Assembly: GCA_046075565.1 (NCBI GenBank)
Contig: JBJTQJ010000124.1
Span: forward strand, 1-64,000
DNA length: 64,000 bases
Source: Verrucomicrobiales bacterium
GTDB lineage: Bacteria; Verrucomicrobiota; Verrucomicrobiia; Verrucomicrobiales; SLCJ01
Direction of reading: 5' to 3'
Shown here: piece by piece, positions 41,956-54,140 of the stretch
Position numbering within the stretch: the first letter of the stretch is position 1
How the letters are laid out: each line of letters begins with the position of its first letter
Position numbers and translations under genes: made by a program
Notes under the pieces: model-generated
Databases searched by the model: none
The model's input: only the letters and a program-made list of their open reading frames with translations
Told to the model about the DNA's origin: nothing

Positions 41956-43305
41956 ATGCATCGCATCGTTCATCCGCGTCGCCACTTTCTCAAGACCGCC
42001 GCTCTGTCACCATTTGGATTTCTCCTCCCACAGGCTTCGGCTGGAAATGTTCTTCCTCACATCCCCGATCTTTTCGAGGCGAACTCCCCCGAGGTCTTGG
42101 CGTTGGCGGACAGGGTCATGAATCGTTGCGTGCTGGAAAAATTGCGTGCGCCCTCTCCGCCTTTGAAACGCGAATGGATCGCGCCCGGCGGCCCGCATTA
42201 CCTCGGCCAATGGATTTGGGACACCATGTTCGTCGTGGATCTGCTCGCTCTCCTGCTCGGTAGGGAAAAACAAATCAGGGAAATCTTTGCGAACTACTGG
42301 GATTTCCAGGATCGATGGAACGCAAATAAACCCGAGCACATGCGCGACATGGTCACGGTCGCCATCAAGACGGAACCACAGGAAGAACGACAGTTTTCGC
42401 AAATTCCTCTTCTCGCATGGGGAGTAGAGAGGGTTTTCCTGCGTAACGGGGACAAGGAATTGCTCAACCAGTGCCTGCCGAGACTGGAGCGATTCCACGA
42501 CTGGTATTGGCGCGAACGCGACCTGCATGACAACGGTCTCATCATCACCGGTTCCTACAGTGGATTGGAACAACACGCTCGCTGGGAAACCTTCGATTAC
42601 GAGGTGAACATGGACGGCCTGAAGATGACGAAACACCCTTGGAGGAGCGGTGCGAACGAGGGTGAATGGTGTGGGAACATCTGTGTGCCTGGGAACAACG
42701 CCTACCTCATCCTCGCCGAACGATGCCTAGCCCGGCTCGCCGAAGCCAGCGGAGATCACGCGATGGCCGAGCGCCGCCAGAAACGCATCGACAAAGGCGT
42801 GGCCGGCATGCGATCCCATCTCTGGGATGAAAAAGCCGGAACCTTTCTTTCCGTTCATCGCGATACTCTCGAGAAAATCCCCGTGGCCACCATTGGAAGT
42901 TGGATCCCCTTGCTCGCCGGTGTCCCGACCCAATCCCAGGCTGACCGCATGGCCGCCACGCTGGCCTCGCCCGCATGGCAGACGCCATTGCCGGTTCCGA
43001 CGGTTGATCGAACGGATCCTCGTTGGGACCCCAAGGGCTTCTGGCGCGGCGATGTCTGGCCCTCCACCAACTATCAAATTGCCACCGGCCTCGCTGCCTA
43101 CGGCCATCGCGATCTCGCCGCGCTCATTGCCGACAAGACCATCGCCAACGCCATGAAAAACGGCCTCTACGAGCGCTTCAACTCGGTGACCGGAGAGGGA
43201 CTCGGCGTCCCGGACTACAGCATGACGGGCACCTTGGTCACGATGATGCTCGACAATCTTTCGCGTGATCATCTGCTCCGGCTGCGCTCGCCCGTTCCAA
43301 ATTAG
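41956..43305 (+). CDS. Tat-exported GH63/trehalase-like (alpha/alpha)6 glycoside hydrolase
   Basis: RRHFLK Tat motif, GQWIWDT, FWRGDVWPSTNY, YERFNSVTG. Confidence 0.75.
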   Translation: MHRIVHPRRHFLKTAALSPFGFLLPQASAGNVLPHIPDLFEANSPEVLALADRVMNRCVLEKLRAPSPPLKREWIAPGGPHYLGQWIWDTMFVVDLLALLLGREKQIREIFANYWDFQDRWNANKPEHMRDMVTVAIKTEPQEERQFSQIPLLAWGVERVFLRNGDKELLNQCLPRLERFHDWYWRERDLHDNGLIITGSYSGLEQHARWETFDYEVNMDGLKMTKHPWRSGANEGEWCGNICVPGNNAYLILAERCLARLAEASGDHAMAERRQKRIDKGVAGMRSHLWDEKAGTFLSVHRDTLEKIPVATIGSWIPLLAGVPTQSQADRMAATLASPAWQTPLPVPTVDRTDPRWDPKGFWRGDVWPSTNYQIATGLAAYGHRDLAALIADKTIANAMKNGLYERFNSVTGEGLGVPDYSMTGTLVTMMLDNLSRDHLLRLRSPVPN

Positions 43306-43464
43306 CATTCATTTCTTAAAATGAATCGTTGATTTGCCAGACAGGCTTGAAGTAGATGCGACGGCGTGTAACCTTTTGGGCATCGCCTTCTTGCCTACCG
43401 CGTAGTGGGAAAAGGAGGCGACCTCCGAACCCAAGCCGCCCCCACATCGACAACCCTCCCAACC

Positions 43465-46400
43465 ATGGTGTCCCCCCGCATCCACTGGCTGGCCGCGCTC
43501 TTTTGCGTTTCGCAAATCGCGGCTCAGACTCCTCCAGCAACCGGCTCAATCAGCCGGCATGTCTGGACGGGAATCTCGGGCACATCTGTTACAGATCTCA
43601 CGAGCCGCTCGAGCTATCCGAATAGTCCCAACTCCACCGGCACCCGCACCAGTTTCCAAGGTCCGACGAATACCGCTGACAACTATGGTTCCAGGATGTT
43701 CGGATGGATCCATCCGGTCGTAACTGGAAATCATGTTTTCGCCTTGCATGCCGACGACAACGCAGAACTTTGGCTCAGCACCACCGAGTCTCCGGACCAG
43801 CGCCAACGCATTGCCCGGGTGCCTGAATGGACCGATGCAGGTGACTATGGCAAGTTTCCAGAGCAAGTTTCCGCGGCAATCCCACTGCAAGCGGGAAAAT
43901 TCTACTTCATCGAGGCTTTGCAAAAAGAGGGTGGGGGTGGAGACAATCTCGGGGTCGCATGGTCTTACACCGGACAGTCCCGGGTGATTGTGCCCGGATC
44001 CAGGCTCAGTCCATGGCAGAATCTCTCTCCGATGGCCCGTGCGGATGCTGCCGTTGTGAACCGGGGAGGCGTCGTAGGAGTGAACGTTCTCGTGAATGAT
44101 TCCGATCCGAATGGTTTTTCGGATTTGAATTTATCCAGCCTAGCAATTGTCTGGCCTCCTGCCTCCGGCACCACGTCCCTTGATCTGGTGAATGGCCGAG
44201 TCATCTACACCCATGGGGGAGGGCCCGGCAGCACCGACACCTTCACCTACCGGGTGCGCGATGCGGCCAGTCTCCAGTCCACCGCCACCGTCACCATTGA
44301 TATTCGTGATGAGGTGCGGCTGCCTCTGGCGACGGCGAATCTTCCCTCCCAACCACCCGCCACATCGCTGGGCATCATTGATGCGTTTCCGGGTCAGACA
44401 TTCGCTTCACCCGTCGGCCTGGCCACTCCGCCGGGTGAAACGGATCGTCTTTTCGTTTTGGAAAAGGGGGGCAACATCGAGTTGTTGGGTGGTGTAGCCG
44501 GTGGCACCATCACACGCTCGGTTTTCCTCGACCTTGATACCCTCGTCAATTCGCGGACCAGCTCTCCCGCCGAGGTTTTCCAGACCGGGAGCGAGCAGGG
44601 GCTGCTCGGCCTCGCTTTTCACCCCGATTATGCGGTCAACCGGAGGTTTTTTGTGGTCTACTCACTTACCGTGGGAGGCACCCGCGTGCAGCGATTGTCC
44701 GAATTCCGCGCCTCGTCCTCCAATACCCATGTCGCGGATACCACTTCGGAGCGTGTCTTCATCCAGCAGTTCAAGGAAGCTGGGAATCACAATGGCGGCG
44801 ATCTGCATTTCGGTCCCGACGGCTATCTCTATATGAGTTGGGGAGATGAGGGAAATGCCAACGACACTCTGAACAATAGCCAGATCATCACCAAAGATTT
44901 CTGGTCTTCCATCACGCGCATCGATGTTGATCTGGAGGCCCAGGATTACACCGCATCGGATGGCACGGGAGGAGATGATGCGAACCTTCGCCCGAACAAC
45001 CATGCCGCCATTGTTCTCCAGGGAGGAAATCCCCGCTACGAAGTCCCGGCCGACAACCCATGGGTGGGTGCGACGAGTTTTCTCGGCAGCGCTGTCACTT
45101 CCACGAATGTGCGCACGGAGTTCTGGGCTGTCGGGCTGCGAAACCCATGGCGCATGAGTTTTGATCCGCTGACCGGCCAACTTTGGTGTGCGGATGTAGG
45201 ACAGGATGCCCGCGAGGAAGTGAATCGGATCGTAAAGGGCGGGAACTACGAATGGGCATTTCGCGAAGGAACCCTCACCGGAGTCAAGTGGGGAGACCGT
45301 CCGTCCGGATGGACCGGCTCGCATCCGCCGGTTTATGACTACAGCCACGGCAGTGGGGCGATGCAGGGGAATTCCGTGAGCGGTGGCATCGTCTACCGAG
45401 GCACACGTATTCCCTCACTAGATGGGAAATACCTGTTCGCCGACTATGTTTCCGCCAACGTGTGGTCGCTCGATCCTTCGGTGACGCCCGCCGTGGTGAC
45501 AAGAATCGGCGGGGAAGGAGCGATTGTCGCTTTTGGACGGGATCCTTCCAATGGAGACCCCCTCCTCGTGGACCATGATGGATACATCCGCCGATTGGTG
45601 CAGCAGGTAGAAACCACCGGCTTTCCACCTACGTTGGCCGCCACCGGACTATTCGCTGATCCAGTGGCGCTGTCCCCGAATCCCGGATTACACGCTTACG
45701 AGATCAATTTGCCCTTCTGGTCTGATCACGCCCGCAAACGCCGCTGGTTCGGCCAGACTTCCCTAACAACTCCAATTACCTTCGCCCGCGAGGGAGCTTG
45801 GAACCCTCCGCCCGGCACGATCTGGGTCAAACACTTTGACTTGGAAACCACCCGCGGCCAACCCGCGACGGCACGGCGTTTGGAGACGCGCGTGCTCGTG
45901 CGCACGGCCTCCGGAGCCTATGGCGTCTCCTACAAATGGAATGCCGCCGGCACGTCCGCAACGCTGGCGGACACGGCGGGGGAAGAGATACCGATCACGA
46001 TTACGGAAAATGGACAGAGTTTTGTCCAAACATGGCGTATCCCCTCGATGGCCGAGTGTATGGTCTGCCATTCCCCGCAGGCCGGGCATGCGCTCTCTTT
46101 CCGCACCCGCCAGCTCAACCGCGAAGGATCTATGGGCGGAGTGCAGGGGAATTTCCTTTCCCGCTTGTTCGAAGCCGGTTATTTGACCGGTCCGTTTACC
46201 GCGCCTTCCGAGTTGCCGCGCCATGCCGCGTCGCACGAGACCGCCTATTCGCTCGAGACAAGAGCGCGGTCCTACCTGGATGTAAACTGTGCTTACTGCC
46301 ACAACCAGAACGGAACAGTGCCGGCAGCTTGGGACGCCAGCGCCGCACTCAAATTATTCCAGACCGGGTTGGTCAATGCGCCTGCCGGGGGTGGGACCCA

Positions 46401-46935
46401 ACATCCTGATGATCGATTGCTCGTGCCGGGCCAAGAAGAGCGATCGATCATCGTGCACCGGGCGGCCGCCCGCTCCGGCTACACCCGGATGCCACCGCTT
46501 GGCTCAAATGTCACGGATCAAGCTGGTGTCCAATTACTAATCGATTGGATCGAAAATGAACTTCCCGGAAGGGAGTCGGAGGCGCAGTGGCGGACACGGA
46601 TTTTCGGATCATCCCCGCAAGGTGCCCCCAACGAAGATCCGGATGGCGACGGCCGATCCAATCGTCTCGAATTCCTCGCGCTTACCAACCCTCTGGTCAA
46701 CGACCGGGCGCCCACTCTCGGTATCGAGCGTCGGCCCTCCGGTTGGTGGCTGGATCACGTTGCCCGGCCAGGGCGTTCCGCCGTTTTCGAATCATCCACG
46801 GATCTGCGCAACTGGTCGCGGATCCAGCATCCGGCAAACAACGGGTTGCCCCGCTCGCCGGGCCCACCGTGGGGATTCGAAGTTCCCCACACGGGCGGAA
46901 GCGAGTTCTTCCGGACCCGGACGACGGAAGAGTGA
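43465..46935 (+). CDS. Secreted PA14 + Ig-like + PQQ-dependent sugar dehydrogenase (GSDH) + cytochrome c multidomain protein
   Basis: PA14 (ADDNAELWL, KEGGGGD), EQGLLGLAFHP, NHNGG, GLRNPWR, CMVCH, CAYCH, C-terminal DPDGDGRSNRLEF. Confidence 0.85.
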   Translation: MVSPRIHWLAALFCVSQIAAQTPPATGSISRHVWTGISGTSVTDLTSRSSYPNSPNSTGTRTSFQGPTNTADNYGSRMFGWIHPVVTGNHVFALHADDNAELWLSTTESPDQRQRIARVPEWTDAGDYGKFPEQVSAAIPLQAGKFYFIEALQKEGGGGDNLGVAWSYTGQSRVIVPGSRLSPWQNLSPMARADAAVVNRGGVVGVNVLVNDSDPNGFSDLNLSSLAIVWPPASGTTSLDLVNGRVIYTHGGGPGSTDTFTYRVRDAASLQSTATVTIDIRDEVRLPLATANLPSQPPATSLGIIDAFPGQTFASPVGLATPPGETDRLFVLEKGGNIELLGGVAGGTITRSVFLDLDTLVNSRTSSPAEVFQTGSEQGLLGLAFHPDYAVNRRFFVVYSLTVGGTRVQRLSEFRASSSNTHVADTTSERVFIQQFKEAGNHNGGDLHFGPDGYLYMSWGDEGNANDTLNNSQIITKDFWSSITRIDVDLEAQDYTASDGTGGDDANLRPNNHAAIVLQGGNPRYEVPADNPWVGATSFLGSAVTSTNVRTEFWAVGLRNPWRMSFDPLTGQLWCADVGQDAREEVNRIVKGGNYEWAFREGTLTGVKWGDRPSGWTGSHPPVYDYSHGSGAMQGNSVSGGIVYRGTRIPSLDGKYLFADYVSANVWSLDPSVTPAVVTRIGGEGAIVAFGRDPSNGDPLLVDHDGYIRRLVQQVETTGFPPTLAATGLFADPVALSPNPGLHAYEINLPFWSDHARKRRWFGQTSLTTPITFAREGAWNPPPGTIWVKHFDLETTRGQPATARRLETRVLVRTASGAYGVSYKWNAAGTSATLADTAGEEIPITITENGQSFVQTWRIPSMAECMVCHSPQAGHALSFRTRQLNREGSMGGVQGNFLSRLFEAGYLTGPFTAPSELPRHAASHETAYSLETRARSYLDVNCAYCHNQNGTVPAAWDASAALKLFQTGLVNAPAGGGTQHPDDRLLVPGQEERSIIVHRAAARSGYTRMPPLGSNVTDQAGVQLLIDWIENELPGRESEAQWRTRIFGSSPQGAPNEDPDGDGRSNRLEFLALTNPLVNDRAPTLGIERRPSGWWLDHVARPGRSAVFESSTDLRNWSRIQHPANNGLPRSPGPPWGFEVPHTGGSEFFRTRTTEE

Positions 46936-46937
46936 AA

Positions 46938-49093
46938 TCAGAACTTCCACTCCGCGCTAATCGTGACCCCACGGCCGGTCGAGTTCACGCCGGATCCATG
47001 CACGCGGTAGTCTTCGTCGGTGAAGTTTTCCAATGCCGCCACAACGTTAAAGCCGGGAAGGACTTCAACACCGCCGCGGATGGTGCCAATGCAATAGCCC
47101 GGTGTGCCACCGGGTGGGATTCGCTGCGTGTCGGCCATGTCGCGTGTGGTGAGTTCATCGGCTTCGGCGGATCCACGCGCGAGGATTTCCGCCCACCAGC
47201 GGCCATCACGTGATTCGTGCCGCAAGCCGATTTCGGCGCTCAGTGGGAGCAAACGGCTCACGGGTTCGGTGATCACGGGGCCACCGACGCGGTTCGGTGC
47301 TTCCGTTTCACCATCTTGCCATGCCACCCATCCAAAAAGCTTCCATCCGGGCGTGAATTCCCAGCGACCTTCGGCTTCGATCCCTTGGATATATCCATCG
47401 GAAGCGTTCACTTTGGTGATCTCGTTCAGGCCGTCGATGACGCGGCCGGTGCGGATGCCGATGACCTGACCGTCCATGCGGGTGTGGAAATAGGCCAAGG
47501 AGGCCTCGACCGTTTCACTCCGATGGCGGAGTCCGATCTCGGTGAGCAGGAATTGTTCGGAATCGAGCCCCGGGGAAGGGGTTTCGATTTCATCGCTTCG
47601 CGCGCCATCGAGGCGGGAAAGATCGCTCAGATTGGGTGCGCGGAAGCCGGTTGATACGCCGCCAAATAGCGACCATGTGCGCTCCTGGTCGAGATAGTAT
47701 ACGGCACGACCGCTCCCGGAAAGATTCGCTCAGTCATCTTCGAATGATCTGGATTTTCCTGACTCCGGGTCGAGCATGCGGCCGATATCCGCGCGGGCAT
47801 AGTCCACGCGTCCACCCAACCAGATTTCCAGGCGATCGGTGGCATCGATGCGATCCTGCAGGAAAATGCTGCCGAGGTCGTAGGTCGCGTCATCCCCGAC
47901 CGGTCCCTGGATGCCTTGCGCACTGAACGAACCATCGGCTTTGAAATCGGAACGCGAGCTTTCAACCACATCGTGATACCAATTCACCCCGTAGGTGAGA
48001 TAGCCGATGGGGGTCTCGGAACCCAGTTGCACGGTCGCCCCATAGGTATCGACCACCACTTCGGACAAGTTACGGCGCCCGTCGCTACGAATGCGATCCT
48101 CCACCTCACCCTGACGGTGATGACTGAGGCTGACGATGTAGGAATCCGCCCATCCTTCGGTGGTGCCCTCGAGTTGGGCATAGGTCAGCCAACGATCCTG
48201 ATCGAAATCGCGTTTTTTATCGGTGCCAATTGTTGTCCCGGACCATGAAACGGCATCCACGGTGGCGTGGGTGCGCGGAGCATCATCCTGGTGCAATTGC
48301 TGGTGGAACAAGGTGAGACGCGAGGTCGGAGAAAGCATGGCCTCGAATTTGGCATCCGCCGACCACTCATCGTAAGCGGTGTTGGGAAGTTTTCCGAGTC
48401 CGGCGGCCTCCATATCTCCGAACGACTTCAAACTCGCACCGATGATGACGCCGAATCGGTCTTTTTCGCTATAAGTGGTTTCCAACCGGCCCATGAGGCT
48501 GTTCTCAGCGGAAGACCATCGGGTAGCGGCGCGGCCGCCGATAGAGTGCTGACTTTGGAGGTATCCGCTTGATAAGTCGGCCGCAAGGTCAGCGCGTTGA
48601 GCGTGCCCCCGATGGCATCACTCCCGTAGAGCACGGAGCCCTGGCCTTTGACAAGTTCGATGCCTGCCAATCCGTAGGGATCAATCGTCCCCCAATACTG
48701 GTTCGGTCCTTCGCGGAAAACCGAATTGTTCAGGCGAATGCCGTCGATGAGCGCGAGGTTGCGGTAGCCGGTGAATCCGCGCACGAAGGGCGAGCCCTGT
48801 GCAGGACCCGTGCGCTGGACGAGGATTCCGGGGGTCTCCAACAGTGCTTCCGGCAGGGTGCGGGCCTGTGTTTCCAGGAATTTTTCGGCATCCAAGGCAA
48901 CGACGGAATTCGGTTGCTCGAGGATCGAGCGCATTTCCCGCGTCGCGGTCACGACGACCGGGGGGAGCGTCTTCACTTCGGGTGCATTCGCGACGGGCTT
49001 TGCGTCTTGGGCTTGGCTTCAGGAGGCGGTGCCGCCAGCGGCGAGAAGGCAGGCGGCGAGATGAAACGGGCGAGATATCTTTGACTTGGACAT
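46938..49093 (-). pseudogene. TonB-dependent receptor with two in-frame TGA stops and one frameshift
   Basis: ATG 49093 and signal peptide; TGA 49019-49021; VVVTATR and plug (IELVKG.GSVLYGSDAIGG); frameshift near 48550; TGA 47730-47732; GFRAPN; ENFTDEDY; C-terminal EWKF. Confidence 0.88.
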
Positions 49094-49178
49094 GTTGAGG
49101 CCGGTGTTCTTGCGATACCGGGCGGAACCGGCACAGGGTGGAAACGCCCTGCCCCCCGGATTGGTTCACTCGAAAGAA

Positions 49179-50690
<1,512 letters not shown>

Positions 50691-50695
50691 TCAAA

Positions 50696-51121
50696 TCACG
50701 CCGCGGTAGTCACCGAGTTCGGGGTGACCCCGAGGGCGTCCCAGTAGTCGGCTCCGTAATCGAAGAAGATTTCGTCGCCAGGGTGGATCTCGCGCAGGGC
50801 ATTGAAGCGGGCGGTTTTCCAGCGGGTGGAGACAATCAATTCGGCATTGGGGTTTCCGCCGTCATGGTTGATGAAGCGGGTGTAGTTGGCGAGCTCTCCT
50901 TCGCCATAGACCCAATGGTTCTTGCAAATGTAGAGCAGGTAGAGCGAATCAAGATAGGGTTTGCGGTCGGCCTGCTTGTCGGTGATGACTTTGCCGGTGT
51001 AATACCCGAGGGTATCACCGGGTTTGATGCTAACAAGCGAGAAGAGTCCCATCCCGGCTCCGGGCACGGGGGAGGGGCGGACTTCAAAATGCTGTTCAAG
51101 GAAGACGCGGGAGCGAGGCAT
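50696..51121 (-). CDS. SET domain protein (putative lysine methyltransferase)
   Basis: GAGMGLF, RFINH, PGDEIFFDYG. Confidence 0.88.
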   Translation of the reverse strand: MPRSRVFLEQHFEVRPSPVPGAGMGLFSLVSIKPGDTLGYYTGKVITDKQADRKPYLDSLYLLYICKNHWVYGEGELANYTRFINHDGGNPNAELIVSTRWKTARFNALREIHPGDEIFFDYGADYWDALGVTPNSVTTAA

Positions 51122-51170
51122 AGAAAAAAAGCCGAGAACGCAGGAATTGTGCCGCCGGCGGGAAAATTTT

Positions 51171-52742
51171 TCAGGCCAGTGTGAAGGTGTCGGTGGCGGG
51201 ATTCGCGCCGGCGACGCGGGTAAGACCAAGATCGTTGGCGGAGGCGTGCAAGAGGGCGTGGAAAACATCTTCGGCTTCGGCACCGATGGCGGCGGCCACC
51301 GAGTCCGCGGTTTGTGCTTGGCCAGGGTTGGCAGCGAGGTGGGTGCGCACTTTGCCGAGCAAGTCGAGGAAACCGGCGGCGGCTTTTTTCCCCGCTTCAA
51401 CGCCGGGCTGGTGGTAGGCGTTGATATTGATGAGGCTCGCGTAGAAAGAGACGGCGCGTTCGAAAGCGGCAATGAGGGTTCCGAGATAGAAGGCATCCAC
51501 CCGTGGCACACTGAGGGTCAGGCTCTCGCGTCCCGAGCCGGCAAGAGCGGCGCGGGTGCCGCGCAGGAAACCTTGGAGGAAATCCGCGGAAGTGGCGCCG
51601 GGTTCGACTTCAAGGGGCGAATCGACCCCGCTTTCCCTGACCTCGATGAAGGTGGCGAAGAAGTTGTTCACGCCGTCGCGCAGTTGTTGCACATAGGCGT
51701 GCTGGTCGGTCGAACCTTTGTTGCCATAGACGGCGATGCCCTGATTGACGACCCTGCCCTCGAGGTCTTTTTCCTTGCCGAGGCTTTCCATCACGAGTTG
51801 CTGGAGGTATTTGGCGAAAAGCATGAGGCTGTCCTTGTAGGGCAGCACGACCATGTCCTTTTTGCCTTTGCCACATCCAGCGTGATACCACATGATGGCG
51901 AGCAGCAGGGAGAGGTTTTCCTTGGGATCCGTGGCCCTGGTCTTTTGGTCCATGGCGCGCGCGCCGGCGAGGAAAGCATCCAATTCGACGCCCTGGAGCG
52001 CGGCGGGCACGAGACCAACGACACTCATGACCGAAGTCCGGCCGCCGACCCAATCGGCCATGGGGAAACGCTTGATCCAGCCTTGGGCCACGGCATGGCG
52101 ATCCAGTTTCGAATCGGGTCCGGTGATGGCGACGGCGTGGAGCGGAAAGGATAGCCCGGCGGCGGTGAAAACGGCTTCCGCTTCGACCATGCCGTTGCGG
52201 GTCTCGGGGGTGCCGCCGCTTTTGGAAATGACCAGCGCGAGGGTGGTGGCGAGTTCGGGCGCGAGGCTGGCGAGGGTCTTGGCGATGCCGGCCGGATCGG
52301 TATTGTCGAGGAAGGCAATCTTCATCGGCGAGGCGGGACCGGCGAGGGCATCCGCGACCAGTTGCGGTCCGAGCGCCGATCCCCCGATGCCAATCACCAG
52401 CACGGTGGTGAATTTTTTCCCGCCCGGCGCGGTGATTTTCCCGGCATGGATTTCAGCGGCGAAGGACTTCACATCGTGCAGGTCGCGTTCGATCTCCGCG
52501 GCGAGTTCGGCGGGCGCGAGTTTGCTGTCGCGCAACCAGTAATGACCGACCATACGGCCTTCATCAGGATTGGCGATGGCTCCGCTCTCGAGCGCGTTCA
52601 TGTCGGCGAGCGCGCGATCGACATGGCCTTGCATCGAAGCGATGAAATTCTCCCCGTATCCCATGCGGGAGGTGTCGAGCGAGATGCCGAGATCTTCGTA
52701 ACGGAGAAGGTGGGAACAGTAGCGGGACCAGTGCGAAGCCAT
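51171..52742 (-). CDS. pgi: Glucose-6-phosphate isomerase
   Basis: [44 protein letters not shown]. Confidence 0.97.
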   Translation of the reverse strand: MASHWSRYCSHLLRYEDLGISLDTSRMGYGENFIASMQGHVDRALADMNALESGAIANPDEGRMVGHYWLRDSKLAPAELAAEIERDLHDVKSFAAEIHAGKITAPGGKKFTTVLVIGIGGSALGPQLVADALAGPASPMKIAFLDNTDPAGIAKTLASLAPELATTLALVISKSGGTPETRNGMVEAEAVFTAAGLSFPLHAVAITGPDSKLDRHAVAQGWIKRFPMADWVGGRTSVMSVVGLVPAALQGVELDAFLAGARAMDQKTRATDPKENLSLLLAIMWYHAGCGKGKKDMVVLPYKDSLMLFAKYLQQLVMESLGKEKDLEGRVVNQGIAVYGNKGSTDQHAYVQQLRDGVNNFFATFIEVRESGVDSPLEVEPGATSADFLQGFLRGTRAALAGSGRESLTLSVPRVDAFYLGTLIAAFERAVSFYASLININAYHQPGVEAGKKAAAGFLDLLGKVRTHLAANPGQAQTADSVAAAIGAEAEDVFHALLHASANDLGLTRVAGANPATDTFTLA

Positions 52743-52821
52743 GACGGGGAACTAGGCGCAAAATTGAGTCGGTTGCAAGCGGAGTGATCGATGGACGGGA
52801 TGGAAAAGGGATGGCGGGGCA

Positions 52822-53226
52822 ATGACGAAATACCCGAATACCTCAACATTGACCAAACCCAAGTGCCCGGCAAGCGACTCAGAGTCCGGCAGATCATGCG
52901 GCACATCAGACATCGACCTTTACGACGACGGGGAGATCATTGAGTTGGTCATGTATTCTTCGCCGCCGCGCACCATACACTTGATACTACCGAAGCATGG
53001 GAATTGATTGGAAGCCATGCCCTACCCGGAGCAACTGGTAAATCCAATGATAAAGTATTAGTCAGAACCCGCCTGCCGAAAAGTCGGCGAGAAAATCCTC
53101 ATCAAATTCAAGCGGCTGGATGAGTCTGGCATAGTGATCGGCAAGGAAGCCTTGCTCGTTGGCCCGGGCCCAGATGGCAAATGGAAATGGGTGATTCAGG
53201 CGTCTCAGTCGAGCCGCAACACGTAA
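52822..53226 (+). pseudogene. Possible degraded hypothetical gene (in-frame TGA and TAG)
   Basis: One frame reads ...LILPKHGN*LEAMPYPEQLVNPMIKY*SEPACRKVGEKILIKFKRLDESGIVIGKEALLVGPGPDGKWKWVIQ; lower GC. Confidence 0.35.
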
Positions 53227-53329
53227 GCTACCACCTTTTTCATGCCCTCTGGTCGGGTCAGAACGCGGTCCCACTGGATGTCCTCCAAAAGCAATTTTTA
53301 GCAAAAATGGCGGAAATGAAGATCAAGGA

Positions 53330-53358
53330 TTGTCTCCGGGCCGGAAATTGGGTAGAAT
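53330..53358 (+). promoter_or_regulatory. Sigma-70 promoter TTGTCT-N17-TAGAAT (likely leaderless transcript)
   Basis: The -10 hexamer ends 7 nt before ATG 53366. Confidence 0.6.
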
Positions 53359-53365
53359 GCCGGAG

Positions 53366-53602
53366 ATGGATAAGGCCGACTATCCGACCCTGGACCCGAA
53401 ACTATTGGAAAATCCGGTTTTCCAAGCGCTGGTGGCCGAGGGATTGGCCATTCAGGACCGTTTTGCCGCCGAGCCAGTTTACGCTCGCACCGGCAAAGGT
53501 TATCTAAAAAGCGTCGGCGTTTCCGAGATGGAGAGGGTCAAGGGTGGGACACAGTCTCCTCCACGAAACCAACCAAACAAGGGCCGGAGAACTGATGGAT
53601 GA
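53366..53602 (+). CDS. Small hypothetical protein, putative antitoxin
   Basis: 78 aa; ATGA overlap with the downstream Fic-like gene. Confidence 0.55.
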   Translation: MDKADYPTLDPKLLENPVFQALVAEGLAIQDRFAAEPVYARTGKGYLKSVGVSEMERVKGGTQSPPRNQPNKGRRTDG

Positions 53603-54003
53603 CGTTGCAACGCCCATGGCTCCGCGAATTCACTTGGGAGATGGTGACTGCCCAGAATCAGGTGCTGTGCCAGGCAAGGAACGCGTTGCACAAGCCGGCT
53701 CCGGACGGCCATGAAACCACCCGGCAACTCTGGGAATCCCAGCATCTGAAATCCATGGGACTGGCTGAGGCGGTCCAGCTCTGCCGAAAGTATCACAGGC
53801 TCGCGCCTTTCTGCTTCTACAATGGAAATACCTTTGCCTCCATTATCCTCTTGGTGATCAGGCGGCTGGAACTTCCCCCGATGTAGGCTGCCGCAGTCCG
53901 CAGCTTGGCCGGACACATCGTGGCTGGCGTCGCGACGGCGGAGGAAGAAGAGGCTTTTCGAAAATTTTGCGCAGGAATGGATGCCGGGGACATTGTCCCG
54001 TGA
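53599..54003 (+). pseudogene. Fic/Doc-like protein with an in-frame TAG
   Basis: HRLAPFCFYNGNT resembles the Fic HPFxxGNGR motif. TAG at 53884-53886, then in-frame AAAVRSLAGHIVAGV... to TGA 54003. Confidence 0.55.
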
Positions 54004-54140
54004 CGCCGGCCTCAAGGGCTTTTGTGAGCTTGCCATGCCGCCCAAACGGTTTACGCGGTTTTACGTTGGCATTGGGGTCAATGCGATCTTCCTGTTCCGA
54101 GGACCGGGGAACCTCCGTTTCATGTGGTGGATGATTCCTT

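Noticed and set aside
27941-49021. Alternative genetic code or selenocysteine explanation for the in-frame TGA codons
   Set aside because: TGA terminates many intact genes here (e.g. hisF, DUF1501, glnD), TGG is used for Trp, the contexts are not redox motifs, and TAG stops and frameshifts occur too
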